The notes beneath the pieces are model-generated. The model was not told the DNA's origin, made no database searches, and worked only from the letters and a program-made list of their open reading frames with translations. The position numbers and the translations under genes are program-made. A DNA stretch of 64,000 nucleotides from Candidatus Thorarchaeota archaeon. GTDB taxonomy: Archaea > Asgardarchaeota > Thorarchaeia > Thorarchaeales > Thorarchaeaceae. Shown here in pieces: positions 18,841-28,060 of the stretch; positions within the stretch are counted from its first letter, which is position 1; every line of letters starts with the position of its first letter. The stretch spans positions 55,379 through 119,378 of the forward strand of contig JBHIAE010000003.1 of assembly GCA_046758445.1 (NCBI GenBank), read 5' to 3'.

Positions 18841-21837
18841 TTGAGCCTGCTGCATAGACGAATAGCGACATTCGCAATACTGGCGTTGTTTCTCGTAGGC
18901 AGTGCTATGACAGCGGTTCCATTGGCAGCACACTGGGACTCTGAAGTGGCATACGACATAACGCAGCAGTCGACCATGGCAGATTCCACAAGCAATCTCA
19001 CAGTTCCATATGTGGATAAGCACTACGGGGCCGCTGATGGCATAATCGATCCATTTGAATATGCAATAAACTTCACGGATCCCGTGACTGGCATTACGGC
19101 CTATCTTGAACATAATGGCACCACACTCTTCCTAGGACTATCCGCCCCTACTTCGGGTTGGATTGCAGTCGGATGGCAGAACTACACCGATAGGTTCACT
19201 GTGGCCGGGCTGAATCAGAGTGATCTTCTATTCGGTTATGCTCCAGGTACACCGCATGAGGATTACTGGAGGGCCAGAGATGACGACGCTGGAACAGTCC
19301 ACTATGTATTGACAAGCCGCAATGGCAGTCTATTACAAGAGGGCGACTTTCCTACAGACGATATGGATGATCCATTCTCTGTAATGCCTGCACTTGCCAT
19401 GTACAGAAACATGGTTCTCGCGGGCGGTGGCATGCGACTAGGTGAAGTGCGCCATTTCATCATCCCCGCCGAAGAGGCCTATGCCTTTGACCCCACACAT
19501 CAACTCTATGGTCTGGATCTAGAGTACACAACTACACTAACCAGGCTAAAGAGAGGCGCATCAGTCCTAAGAAGCAATACGAGCAATCCTGCCAGATCAA
19601 GCCAGGTGGTGTTCAGCGACCAGAGAGGTGTCGGCACACTTCAACATCTCCCGGATGGTGATCAGAGTCGAATACTGTCTGCGAATGCCACTGATGACGG
19701 GGAAACGACTCAGCTTGAGTATGTACTCCAAATGATCAGTGGAGATCCCGAGGATATATCGATTCTAAATGGTACCGACCAAGTGTATCCATTCGTATTC
19801 TTGTACAGCAACACAGAAGACTTCGGCGAGTTGCCTGTGCAGTATACTTACTGGTCTGGTCCCATAATGATGCAGTTCGAACCCAATGCTGCACCAACAT
19901 TGTTGGTCGAGAGTCCAACCTCAGTAGACCCACTAGTCTGGGTGGACGAGTTCAAGGTAAATGTCACAGACAACACCTTTGTTAGAAGAGTGGACTACAG
20001 AGTTGACAATGAGAACTGGACGGAGATGGAGTTCGATTTCATATCCGGCCTTTGGGAATACCGTGTAGATCTTTCAGGCTACGCCGAGGGTCCGCACACT
20101 GTTTGGTTTAGCGGAACGGATCCGTCAAATTCGAGCAGAGTGATTTATGTCAATGTAACAATCACACGTCCATACACTCCATATCTTGGTATGAAGCTTG
20201 ATGTGGAAAGAGCCTATAGGACCGAAGGGTATCACACTGCACAGGTGAATGATCGATATACAATCACCAATAATGGTTCAGCGGCCATTGGAGCACTGGA
20301 AGTATTCCTTCCACTGGAATACGTGTACAATGTCCTCTCCCTTACGGCAGTGGACTCTCAGGGTAATGAGATTAAGGTCACCAGACTTCAGGACCAAGGA
20401 GGCATGATGCATTGGCGACTGCATCTCTATGAACCTGTAGACTATGGACAGACCTATGATTTCACCGCCACCATGCGAATGCACGGTCTCGATGTCATGA
20501 CGGACTCAGACACCAAAGAATTCGACTTGAAGTTCTTGAAGTACCCGGTTCTTCCCTATCCGATAACCAGTGCCTCCTTTCGCCTGATCCTCAGAACAGG
20601 TGACTCTCTCGCACCAAATTACGAAAGTCCTGATACAACAATGGACAATCTGGCTCCGTTTGCCATAGAGGAGTTCGCAACCGCTTTTCGGTCCTTCTCT
20701 CCATTCATTGTAGCAGACCGCACTACAACTGTGACCGTTGATCCATGGGGCTGGCTATCATTTAGCGAAACCATCTGGTTGCACAATATTGGGCCATTTG
20801 GGACTCCTGAGGACAAGGTTTCCTTTATCCTGCCTGCGTATTCCACAGGGGTAAGAATCTTTGACCGAGTTGGCATTTTGGCCAAATCGCAGTTCTCTCT
20901 TTCCGGGGAGTGGAATGTTTCAAGAGTTGTTGAGATCGATCTGCTGGGTGACCGGTTCGGTGAACAGCTACGGGAAGGATACTCTTACGAGTTCAACATC
21001 GACTACTTGGTTCCAATCAGTGAATATGAGCAGCTTGCAGAAGGCGCCAATCTCTTGAAGCTACCCATGGGCAGCGTTCAGGAAATTGTTGCACTATCAC
21101 ACACAGTCGACCTAGTCCTGCCCTATTCTGTGGATACATTTGAGGCCTATGGCAGCTACAGGCTTCTATATGGTGTGTTTGATACGACCCTCCGATACCA
21201 GTTCGCCAACACTTCCGAGTACAATCCGGCGGAAATCCAGATTCTCTATCGGCCATCACCAATCGTCTTTGTGCGACCTCTAGCCTTTGCTCTCATAGTG
21301 GGTCTCATTGCCCTCGCATACATCGCCTACAAAGGAGTCGATACTGGCCTCAGGCCAGAGGACCTGGAAGATGGTGAGATGCCGACAGCTGACAAGCGGC
21401 AGGTTGGTGCACCACCCAATCTGCTCAAGGACTTTGCTAATCTCTACTCTAAGAAGACTGCCCTTAGCATGGATCTGGAAAAGCTCGAGGCCGCAAGAAG
21501 AAGAGGTAAGGTCAAGAAGAGAGAGTTCATGATACGTGAGCGTGACATAAAGTCGCAGCTTGAACAGATTGACTCTGAGCTGCCCTCACTCAAGAATGAT
21601 CTTGGCGGGTACGGTACAAGGTATAGGGACATGATCTCCCAGATCGAGCTTCAGAATGAAAGGATTGAGGGTGCCAAGGCGGGTCTTCGTCAGTTGCTCT
21701 TACGAAAGAAGAAGCAGAGAATCAGTCGTGTGGCTTTTGAGAGGTCTCGTCAGGACTACCTGAAGACTATCCAGAAGGCCACGACAGCTATCGATCGAAT
21801 CCTGCTCTCAATTCAGGAGGAAGCCGGTGAGATCTAG
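18841..21837 (+). CDS. Ribophorin I (Ost1)-like type I membrane protein with N-terminal DOMON-like domain containing an FKBP insert, plus an Ig-like domain
   Basis: Signal peptide; GWIAVGW..SDLLFGY (DOMON); VHYVL..GMRLGEVRHFIIPAEEAY..HQLYG (FKBP); RTTTVTVDPWGWLSFSETIWLHNIG (ribophorin I-like); single TM after RPL; helical cytoplasmic tail; many NxS/T sequons. Confidence 0.75.
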   Translation: MSLLHRRIATFAILALFLVGSAMTAVPLAAHWDSEVAYDITQQSTMADSTSNLTVPYVDKHYGAADGIIDPFEYAINFTDPVTGITAYLEHNGTTLFLGLSAPTSGWIAVGWQNYTDRFTVAGLNQSDLLFGYAPGTPHEDYWRARDDDAGTVHYVLTSRNGSLLQEGDFPTDDMDDPFSVMPALAMYRNMVLAGGGMRLGEVRHFIIPAEEAYAFDPTHQLYGLDLEYTTTLTRLKRGASVLRSNTSNPARSSQVVFSDQRGVGTLQHLPDGDQSRILSANATDDGETTQLEYVLQMISGDPEDISILNGTDQVYPFVFLYSNTEDFGELPVQYTYWSGPIMMQFEPNAAPTLLVESPTSVDPLVWVDEFKVNVTDNTFVRRVDYRVDNENWTEMEFDFISGLWEYRVDLSGYAEGPHTVWFSGTDPSNSSRVIYVNVTITRPYTPYLGMKLDVERAYRTEGYHTAQVNDRYTITNNGSAAIGALEVFLPLEYVYNVLSLTAVDSQGNEIKVTRLQDQGGMMHWRLHLYEPVDYGQTYDFTATMRMHGLDVMTDSDTKEFDLKFLKYPVLPYPITSASFRLILRTGDSLAPNYESPDTTMDNLAPFAIEEFATAFRSFSPFIVADRTTTVTVDPWGWLSFSETIWLHNIGPFGTPEDKVSFILPAYSTGVRIFDRVGILAKSQFSLSGEWNVSRVVEIDLLGDRFGEQLREGYSYEFNIDYLVPISEYEQLAEGANLLKLPMGSVQEIVALSHTVDLVLPYSVDTFEAYGSYRLLYGVFDTTLRYQFANTSEYNPAEIQILYRPSPIVFVRPLAFALIVGLIALAYIAYKGVDTGLRPEDLEDGEMPTADKRQVGAPPNLLKDFANLYSKKTALSMDLEKLEAARRRGKVKKREFMIRERDIKSQLEQIDSELPSLKNDLGGYGTRYRDMISQIELQNERIEGAKAGLRQLLLRKKKQRISRVAFERSRQDYLKTIQKATTAIDRILLSIQEEAGEI

Positions 21838-21882
21838 GTACTCGATGGCATCTTTAGCAAGTCTTATCAAACACAATCGCAA

Positions 21883-22758
21883 GTGAATTTCCCCCTTGGG
21901 GGCGTAGATATGAATAAGTTCCTGAATCGTGATGAAGTCAGCGCTCGTGATTTGCTCAGCCCCAATACGAAGGCACTGCAGATGTATCAGTATCTTGCAG
22001 GGTCTCCGAAGGTGCAGTCTTATCTCCGAACAGCGAATAGGATGGCGGTTTCTAGGCTTGGCTATACTGATCATGGGCCGGTACATGCCGAGGTGGCGAC
22101 TTGGAACGCCCTAAGGATATTCGACATCTTGGATGAAACATTTCAACCCAACGTAGTTGCTGAAGGCATCGGTGATACAGATGACGCTCGCCTTGTCGTA
22201 TTAGCCTCCACGTACATCCACGACATGGGCATGGTGGTCCATAGGAACGAGCATCCGCAGGCCTCATTGGCATTGGCCATCCCGATATTAGAGCCAAAGC
22301 TGACCGAGATCTATGATGACCCCGCCAAGGCAACTGACATCATGAGCTTCATTCTCCATGGAATCTATGCCCATGATGATGACACGCAGTGTTTAACTTT
22401 TGAGGCGGGAATCACAAAGCTTGGCGACGGATGTGACCTCACCAAGGGTCGAACGATTATTCCATTCCAGAAGGGCAAGGTCGACATACACTCTGTTAGC
22501 GCCATGGCTATCCACGAGATAATCCTCGAAAAGGGAGAAGACACTCCGCTTAGGATAACGGTTGCAATGGATAACCCAGCAGGAGTCTTCCAAGTTCAGG
22601 CAGTTCTGGAGAAGAAGATATCGACTTCAGGACTAAGAGACCACATCGGCATCGATGTTCTGGTAAATGGCAGTCGTCTTGTGCTGACTCAAGTCAAAAG
22701 ACTGTTCAGAGTCCATCTTGAAGACTCGCCTGATGCGATCAGCGTGAAGGAGAAGTAG
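21883..22758 (+). CDS. HD-domain metal-dependent phosphohydrolase
   Basis: RLGYTDHGPVH, IHDMG, HD, DGCD, DIHSVSA. Confidence 0.88.
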   Translation: MNFPLGGVDMNKFLNRDEVSARDLLSPNTKALQMYQYLAGSPKVQSYLRTANRMAVSRLGYTDHGPVHAEVATWNALRIFDILDETFQPNVVAEGIGDTDDARLVVLASTYIHDMGMVVHRNEHPQASLALAIPILEPKLTEIYDDPAKATDIMSFILHGIYAHDDDTQCLTFEAGITKLGDGCDLTKGRTIIPFQKGKVDIHSVSAMAIHEIILEKGEDTPLRITVAMDNPAGVFQVQAVLEKKISTSGLRDHIGIDVLVNGSRLVLTQVKRLFRVHLEDSPDAISVKEK

Positions 22759-22759
22759 T

Positions 22760-22791
22760 TGGTAGCCCCGCCAGGACTCGAACCTGGGTCG
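22760..22791 (-). repeat. att-like direct repeat: 32-bp copy of the tRNA-Gln 3' end (T-arm, acceptor strand, CCA)
   Basis: tggtagccccgccaggactcgaacctgggtcg is identical to 24494-24525. Confidence 0.95.
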
Positions 22792-22812
22792 CCGCGAATC
22801 TCCTGTAAAGGC

Positions 22813-23454
22813 TTAGGTAAGAGAACGGAAGTTGACCACTTCAACTCTGTAGTCAGTCTTGATAGTTTCAGCATGACAGATGAAGTGCATGTCTCCCGTC
22901 ACAAAGGCGACTCTCACTTGCCCTTCTTCTCGATTCAGAAGGGCCTCGGTGAGCCTATCATAATCCTCAGGTTCCGGCGTCAGGCGTTTTCGCCTTTTTC
23001 CACGTTTTTTGATGCAGTTTCGGGTTTCTGGAGTATTCCAGCGTTTGAAGACCTCAATAATCTCATTTCTTGTTTCCTTCTGTTTTCTCGAATTGATGAC
23101 AGCACAATTGCTCGCATTCGAGTACAGGTTCTTCCGATGTGGTCGGTTCAGCAATTTGCTTCTAGCTATGCCAGAGCCTTTCTTCAATCGTGATGCCTCA
23201 TCAACTACATTCCTGAACGCATTATCTGCAATAGTTCGAGCACCATGAGGCGCGCAGATATCCCATCCGTCTTTCTCTTTCCTGAGCAGGTACCTTCTAA
23301 GAGATTGACCTTCCTTATGTCTCTCATCCATACGTACCCATTGATACAAGCTTCTACCAGGAAGACTTCTTCTCTCTGAGAGGTAGTGATTCCTAGCTGA
23401 CGCTCTGAGTGCAACTATGGCGTCTGCATCAAGAACGATTCTCCTTTTGGCCAC
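22813..23454 (-). CDS. PIN-domain-like protein (putative RNase toxin)
   Basis: N-terminal RIVLDADAIVAL and C-terminal EDYD..L...AFVTGDMHF match the PIN acidic motif layout; very basic. Confidence 0.6.
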   Translation of the reverse strand: MAKRRIVLDADAIVALRASARNHYLSERRSLPGRSLYQWVRMDERHKEGQSLRRYLLRKEKDGWDICAPHGARTIADNAFRNVVDEASRLKKGSGIARSKLLNRPHRKNLYSNASNCAVINSRKQKETRNEIIEVFKRWNTPETRNCIKKRGKRRKRLTPEPEDYDRLTEALLNREEGQVRVAFVTGDMHFICHAETIKTDYRVEVVNFRSLT

Positions 23455-23463
23455 CTACCACAC

Positions 23464-24381
23464 CTAGAGAAGCTTCTGCAGCTTTTTCTTCATTCTTCTC
23501 CTTAATGCTTTCCGTTCTCTATTGGTTGTGTGGTCTGATATTACGACATCATCTAATCTGACCAGAACCCCTCTTGACTCGTTGAAGGACTCGAAATACG
23601 TCATAATGTCACGAATCTCCTCAAGAGCAGCTTGTACACCTGAAGGTCTTTCCTCTTCACTTCCGCACCCATACATCTCCACTTGATGCAGGAGATCTTT
23701 TGAGGCACCGATGAGGTCAAAAGCCGCGCCACAAACGATATGGGCATCAAGAGGTTCCAAGTCCTGTAGCGAATCAAGAGCGAAAGCTATCTGATCATAT
23801 ATTGCCAGAATGAACACTGAAAGTGGATAGTGTTCCTCTTCAAGTGCACCCCAGAATGAAGAATAACGTTTCAGACTCTTCTCTAGGGTGCTTGACTTTT
23901 CATTGAGGATTTCCATTTCATAGAATTCAGGTGGTGTATAGTTACCATAGACATGATCTAGAATCCCACTAATTGGCATTTCCAAGAACTTCTCAAGAGC
24001 TTTGGTAAGTCTCTCTCGGAGTTTGCTCAGAGAATGCTTATCTTCCAATTCCTTCACACGATTGCGTCCAAGGGCTGTCATTGTGTAGTCACGACGAGGA
24101 CTCAGTCCATCAATCTCGGTCTTGGATTCCTTGACATATCCTTGAATCTTCAAGTGGTCGAGAGTTTCCTGCAAAGTAGAAGAATATGGTCCATAGTGAC
24201 ATCGTTCAAATCTGAAGTGCTCTCCTAGGTGTCCCTCTACTTCCCCCAAAAAGACAAGTTTCTGAAGCCGTTTTCTACCCTCTACTTTGAAGTTTGGGCT
24301 GGAATCCATGATTGCTAGAGGTAGCCAATGTGCAAGACTCTCTGAAACCTTTGAATCAGTACTGGCCATATTGTTCTCCAC
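23464..24381 (-). CDS. DUF4065/Panacea (SocA/YwgA-like) antitoxin domain with C-terminal helical extension
   Basis: GRKRLQKLVFL, FRFERCHYGPYSSTL, L..L...GYV, DYTMTALG, ILDHVY..Y. Confidence 0.7.
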   Translation of the reverse strand: MENNMASTDSKVSESLAHWLPLAIMDSSPNFKVEGRKRLQKLVFLGEVEGHLGEHFRFERCHYGPYSSTLQETLDHLKIQGYVKESKTEIDGLSPRRDYTMTALGRNRVKELEDKHSLSKLRERLTKALEKFLEMPISGILDHVYGNYTPPEFYEMEILNEKSSTLEKSLKRYSSFWGALEEEHYPLSVFILAIYDQIAFALDSLQDLEPLDAHIVCGAAFDLIGASKDLLHQVEMYGCGSEEERPSGVQAALEEIRDIMTYFESFNESRGVLVRLDDVVISDHTTNRERKALRRRMKKKLQKLL

Positions 24382-24493
24382 TCTAGAGCTCCACTTCGCC
24401 TCTTCGTCTGCATACTCTCTAATAAGCCTCTATTTCATATATGTTTCCGTTGCAGCCTTCTGAACCTGATAAGGATGAGAAAACAGGAAAATC

Positions 24494-24569
24494 TGGTAGC
24501 CCCGCCAGGACTCGAACCTGGGTCGACGGGGCCAAAACCCGCCATGATTGACCGCTACACCACGGGGCT
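24494..24569 (-). tRNA. tRNA-Gln(UUG), CCA encoded
   Basis: AGCCCCG/CGGGGCT acceptor; anticodon arm GCGGG-TT-TTG-GC-CCCGT; GGTTCGAGTCC T-arm. Confidence 0.95.
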
Positions 24570-24599
24570 ATGTTTGTCAAACCAAGGAGGCAAGCGTTT

Positions 24600-24920
24600 T
24601 CAGCTTTCCGACGTCAGACCGAAGGGAACTCCCTTTTCAAGGATTTCGGAGGGTATACGGTCACGCCACCTCTTCAGGAAATCGTCCTCAGCCTTTCTCT
24701 GTCTTCCCGTCATTCTAAGATCATCGGGAAGCATGCAAGGTATTCCACTAATCACAGGATACCAGCGATTGCACCTCTGACAAGTTATGAGCGCCTCATC
24801 AATCTCCTCGAAGTCCTTTCCCTCTGCTTGTCCGGTGTGGCTCTCATAAACATCGAGATGGAGCTCACTCCTGCAGTCTTTCATCGGGCAGACAAGTATG
24901 TCCATCAACCAGGGCTTCAA
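24600..24920 (-). CDS. Trm112 family methyltransferase activator
   Basis: KPWLMDILVCP..C..L.L, EIDEALITCQRCNRWYPVISGIPCMLPD; TTG start inferred. Confidence 0.88.
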   Translation of the reverse strand: MKPWLMDILVCPMKDCRSELHLDVYESHTGQAEGKDFEEIDEALITCQRCNRWYPVISGIPCMLPDDLRMTGRQRKAEDDFLKRWRDRIPSEILEKGVPFGLTSES

Positions 24921-25053
24921 GCATGCACAACTCCTGTGTACAGGGTACTCAGGTGGACACCAATAAAAAGCATTCGAGATGTCTACTGCGGTTCTAAGTC
25001 GAGGGAAAGCCTCTTTTGGCATTTGGTTGGACCTCTAGCAGCGCAACGGACAG

Positions 25054-26466
25054 GTGATATTTCCAATGGACAACTCTCATCCTTGGCTTCCAATGACAGA
25101 AGACTTTGAACAAGAAATGCTTGAATCGATCGGAAAGAAAGACCTGGAGGAGCTGTTCTCTAACATTCCCAAGAAGTTCAGGCTGAAAGATGATCTGGAC
25201 CTTCCAGAGTCACATACCGAGCGTGAAGTTATCAAGAGAGTCCAGGATCTTGCCGGGAGGAACAAGTCTGCAGATGATGGAAGGATGTTTCTCGGCGCTG
25301 GAGCAGGCATGCACTTCATTCCTTCAGTGGTACCTGCTTTGGCCGGGCGCTCGGAGTTTGTCACATCCTATACCAGCTACCAACCTGAGATTAGTCAGGG
25401 AATGCTCCAGACGTTGTTTGAGTATCAGAGCCTAATGGCAGAGCTGCTTGAAGTAGATGTGGTTAACAGCAGTATGTATGACCATGCCAGCGCTCTTGCT
25501 GAAGCTATTCTGATGAGTGCCCGGGTCAAGAAGCGCACGAGGTTTCTGGTTCCAAGTACAATGAACCCCTCTCACTGGCAAGTCATAAACACATACACCC
25601 AGCCCCTCGGCATTGAGCTAGAGCAAGTTGAATATGGCCGAGAAACTGGTCTGATGTCCATTTCCGACCTTGAAACACGCCTGAATGACCATGTTGCAGG
25701 AGTGTACCTTGAGAATCCAAGCTTTCTTGGTTTCATAGAGTCTCAGATAGACACGATTGACAAGTTAGTGCATGAAAGTGGTGCTTTGCTAGTAGCAGGA
25801 GTTGACATTCTGTCTCTTGGCATAATGCGGCCTCCTGGTAACTATGGTGCAGACATAGTCGTAGGTGAGGGCCAGTTCCTAGGTACGCCGATGTCATTTG
25901 GAGGTCCTCTCTTGGGCGTCTTCGGTTGCATTGGGGAGATGAAGATCATCCGACAACTGCCAGGCCGTCTTGTAGGCATGACGAGGACAACGGATGAGCC
26001 ACACGAACGCGGTTTTGTATTGACCCTGAGTCCACGCGAGCAACACATTCGGAGGGAGAAGGCAACTAGCAACATCTGTTCCAACCAAGCGTTGGTCGCA
26101 GTTACTGCTGCAGTATATACGTCGGTCTTAGGACCAAAGGGTATTGAGAGTCTGGGCGAAACTCTTGCCTACAACTCCCACTATGCGGCCCAGAGCTTGG
26201 ATGCAATTCCGAACGTGCATGCTCCTGCCCTCAGCTCGTCTTTCTGGAAGGAATTTGTCGTCAAGTTCGAGGGTGGCATATCTGCTCAGAGAGTCCATGA
26301 GGGCCTTCTCAAGCGCGATCTCCATGGAGGGAAGATTCTGACTCACGATTTTCCAGAACTGGGAGAATCAATGCTTCTCTGCGTGACTGAGCTTCATTCC
26401 AAGGAAGTCATAGACGAGCTCGTAACTGCTGTTGAGGAGATCGTAGCAGAAGGAGGTGACGCCTGA
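25054..26466 (+). CDS. gcvPA: Glycine dehydrogenase (decarboxylating) subunit 1
   Basis: FLGAGA, YTSYQPEISQGMLQTLFEYQS, NSSMYD, REQHIRREKATSNICSNQ. Confidence 0.96.
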   Translation: MIFPMDNSHPWLPMTEDFEQEMLESIGKKDLEELFSNIPKKFRLKDDLDLPESHTEREVIKRVQDLAGRNKSADDGRMFLGAGAGMHFIPSVVPALAGRSEFVTSYTSYQPEISQGMLQTLFEYQSLMAELLEVDVVNSSMYDHASALAEAILMSARVKKRTRFLVPSTMNPSHWQVINTYTQPLGIELEQVEYGRETGLMSISDLETRLNDHVAGVYLENPSFLGFIESQIDTIDKLVHESGALLVAGVDILSLGIMRPPGNYGADIVVGEGQFLGTPMSFGGPLLGVFGCIGEMKIIRQLPGRLVGMTRTTDEPHERGFVLTLSPREQHIRREKATSNICSNQALVAVTAAVYTSVLGPKGIESLGETLAYNSHYAAQSLDAIPNVHAPALSSSFWKEFVVKFEGGISAQRVHEGLLKRDLHGGKILTHDFPELGESMLLCVTELHSKEVIDELVTAVEEIVAEGGDA

Positions 26467-28004
26467 TGATTGGGTATCGTCAAGCAAGATGGAAAGAACC
26501 TCTCTTGTTCGAAGTATCTGTTCCAGGAAGGACAAGCTTCACGCTTCGAGAAGCTGACAAAGAGATCAAGAGTGTCGCTGGTTCCATGAAGTCGATGTTA
26601 CCCTCAGAGATGATCCGAACTCGACCCCCTTCCCTCCCTGAGGTTTCCGAACTCCAAGTCATACGTCATTTCACTCGTCTGTCGCAAATGAACTTCTCAG
26701 TTTCATCAGGCACATACCCTCTTGGCAGCTGCACTATGAAGTACAATCCTGTTGTCAATGACTTGGCTGCCGGCCTTAGTGGATTCTCTTGGCTACATCC
26801 ACTACAAGATGTGTCGACATGTCAGGGTGCATTGGAACTGATGTGGGAGCTTGAGCATTGGCTGGCCGAGATAACCGGCATGGATGCCGTGACGCTCCAA
26901 CCTGCAGCTGGGGCTCAGGGCGAGTATACAGGAGTGATGGTAATCCGGGAGTATCACAAGAATATCACACAAGAGTGTGAGCAGCGTAATGAGATGCTAA
27001 TACCGGATTCAGCACATGGAACAAACCCTGCATCTGCAGCCATGGTTGGCTACAAGGTGGTAGTACTACCTTCAAGCCCTGACGGTCTTGTAGACCTAGA
27101 GGCGTTGAAAGCTGCAGCAGGCCCAAAGACTGCTGGTTTGATGCTGACTAACCCTAACACAATTGGGGTGTTCGAGAAGGACATCGAAGAAACTGCAGGA
27201 ATCATTCATGAAGCAGGTGGTCTACTGTACTATGATGGCGCCAATCTTAACGCGATAATGGGCATCACAAGACCCGGCGACATGGGGTTCGATGTTGTAC
27301 ACATGAATCTACACAAGTCATTCTCCACCCCGCATGGCGGAGGTGGTCCGGGAGCGGGAGCAATTGGGGTAAAGGAAATGCTAGAAGAGTTCCTTCCTGT
27401 GCCTAGGATAGCAAAGACCGAGGAAGGCACATTTGATTTCAACCACGACTTTCCAAGGTCAATAGGCAGAGTACACGGATTCTATGGCAACTTCGGGATA
27501 CTTGTCAGGGCATACTCATACCTCTACTCACTCGGAAGCGAGGGAATTCGAAACGTTGCCAAGAACGCTGTACTCAACGCCAATTACGTAGCTCACCACG
27601 TAGCTAAGATTCCTGGTTTTACACTTCCTTTCTCAAAGGATGCTCCTCGAATGCACGAGTGTGTCATTTCGGTCGAAGAGCTCAAGGAGAAGACGGGCGT
27701 CACAGCCATGAATGTGGCGAAACGGCTTCTTGACTTTGGAGTGCACGCTCCTACTATCTACTTCCCGCTGATAGTACCTGAGGCTCTCATGATAGAGCCT
27801 ACGGAAACCGAGTCCAAGCAGGATCTTGACTTCTTCATCTCCGCCTTGAAACAGATATCAAAAGAGGCACACGAGACTCCAGAGAGAGTCATGGATGCTC
27901 CACATATGACAGCCGTGAGGCGCTTGGATGAGTACCGAGCTGCACATCCAAGAACACTGACTTTGTCATGGCGCATGTTTCAAAAGCAGAGCAAGGACAG
28001 ATAG
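26466..28004 (+). CDS. gcvPB: Glycine dehydrogenase (decarboxylating) subunit 2
   Basis: YPLGSCTMKYNP, SAHGTNPASA, HMNLHKSFSTPHGGGGPG, MIEPTETES. Confidence 0.97.
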   Translation: MIGYRQARWKEPLLFEVSVPGRTSFTLREADKEIKSVAGSMKSMLPSEMIRTRPPSLPEVSELQVIRHFTRLSQMNFSVSSGTYPLGSCTMKYNPVVNDLAAGLSGFSWLHPLQDVSTCQGALELMWELEHWLAEITGMDAVTLQPAAGAQGEYTGVMVIREYHKNITQECEQRNEMLIPDSAHGTNPASAAMVGYKVVVLPSSPDGLVDLEALKAAAGPKTAGLMLTNPNTIGVFEKDIEETAGIIHEAGGLLYYDGANLNAIMGITRPGDMGFDVVHMNLHKSFSTPHGGGGPGAGAIGVKEMLEEFLPVPRIAKTEEGTFDFNHDFPRSIGRVHGFYGNFGILVRAYSYLYSLGSEGIRNVAKNAVLNANYVAHHVAKIPGFTLPFSKDAPRMHECVISVEELKEKTGVTAMNVAKRLLDFGVHAPTIYFPLIVPEALMIEPTETESKQDLDFFISALKQISKEAHETPERVMDAPHMTAVRRLDEYRAAHPRTLTLSWRMFQKQSKDR

Positions 28005-28060
28005 AGTTGAACTGCAGAACCGTGACAATAGTGCTGAAAGAAGACCCGAGGTTGATGTAG

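Larger units (their letters stand above)
22760..24525. mobile_element. tRNA-Gln-integrated mini-islet (~1.7 kb, no integrase) carrying a putative toxin-antitoxin pair
   Basis: Bounded by perfect 32-bp tRNA 3'-end direct repeats; two tightly coupled non-core ORFs inside. Confidence 0.8.

Noticed and set aside
22760-22791. Second tRNA-Gln gene or split-tRNA half
   Set aside because: Only the T-arm and acceptor strand are present, and I saw no complementary leader or BHB for trans-splicing; better explained as an att site
22759-23193. 144-aa plus-strand ORF starting MVAPPGLEPGS (and the similar 24475-24780 ORF)
   Set aside because: These are antisense translations of the tRNA-Gln 3' end and shadows of the real minus-strand genes
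24925-25055. Glycine riboswitch upstream of gcvPA
   Set aside because: Only a CTCAGG fragment and a small GAAA hairpin; the GGAGA and CCGAAG consensus elements are absent
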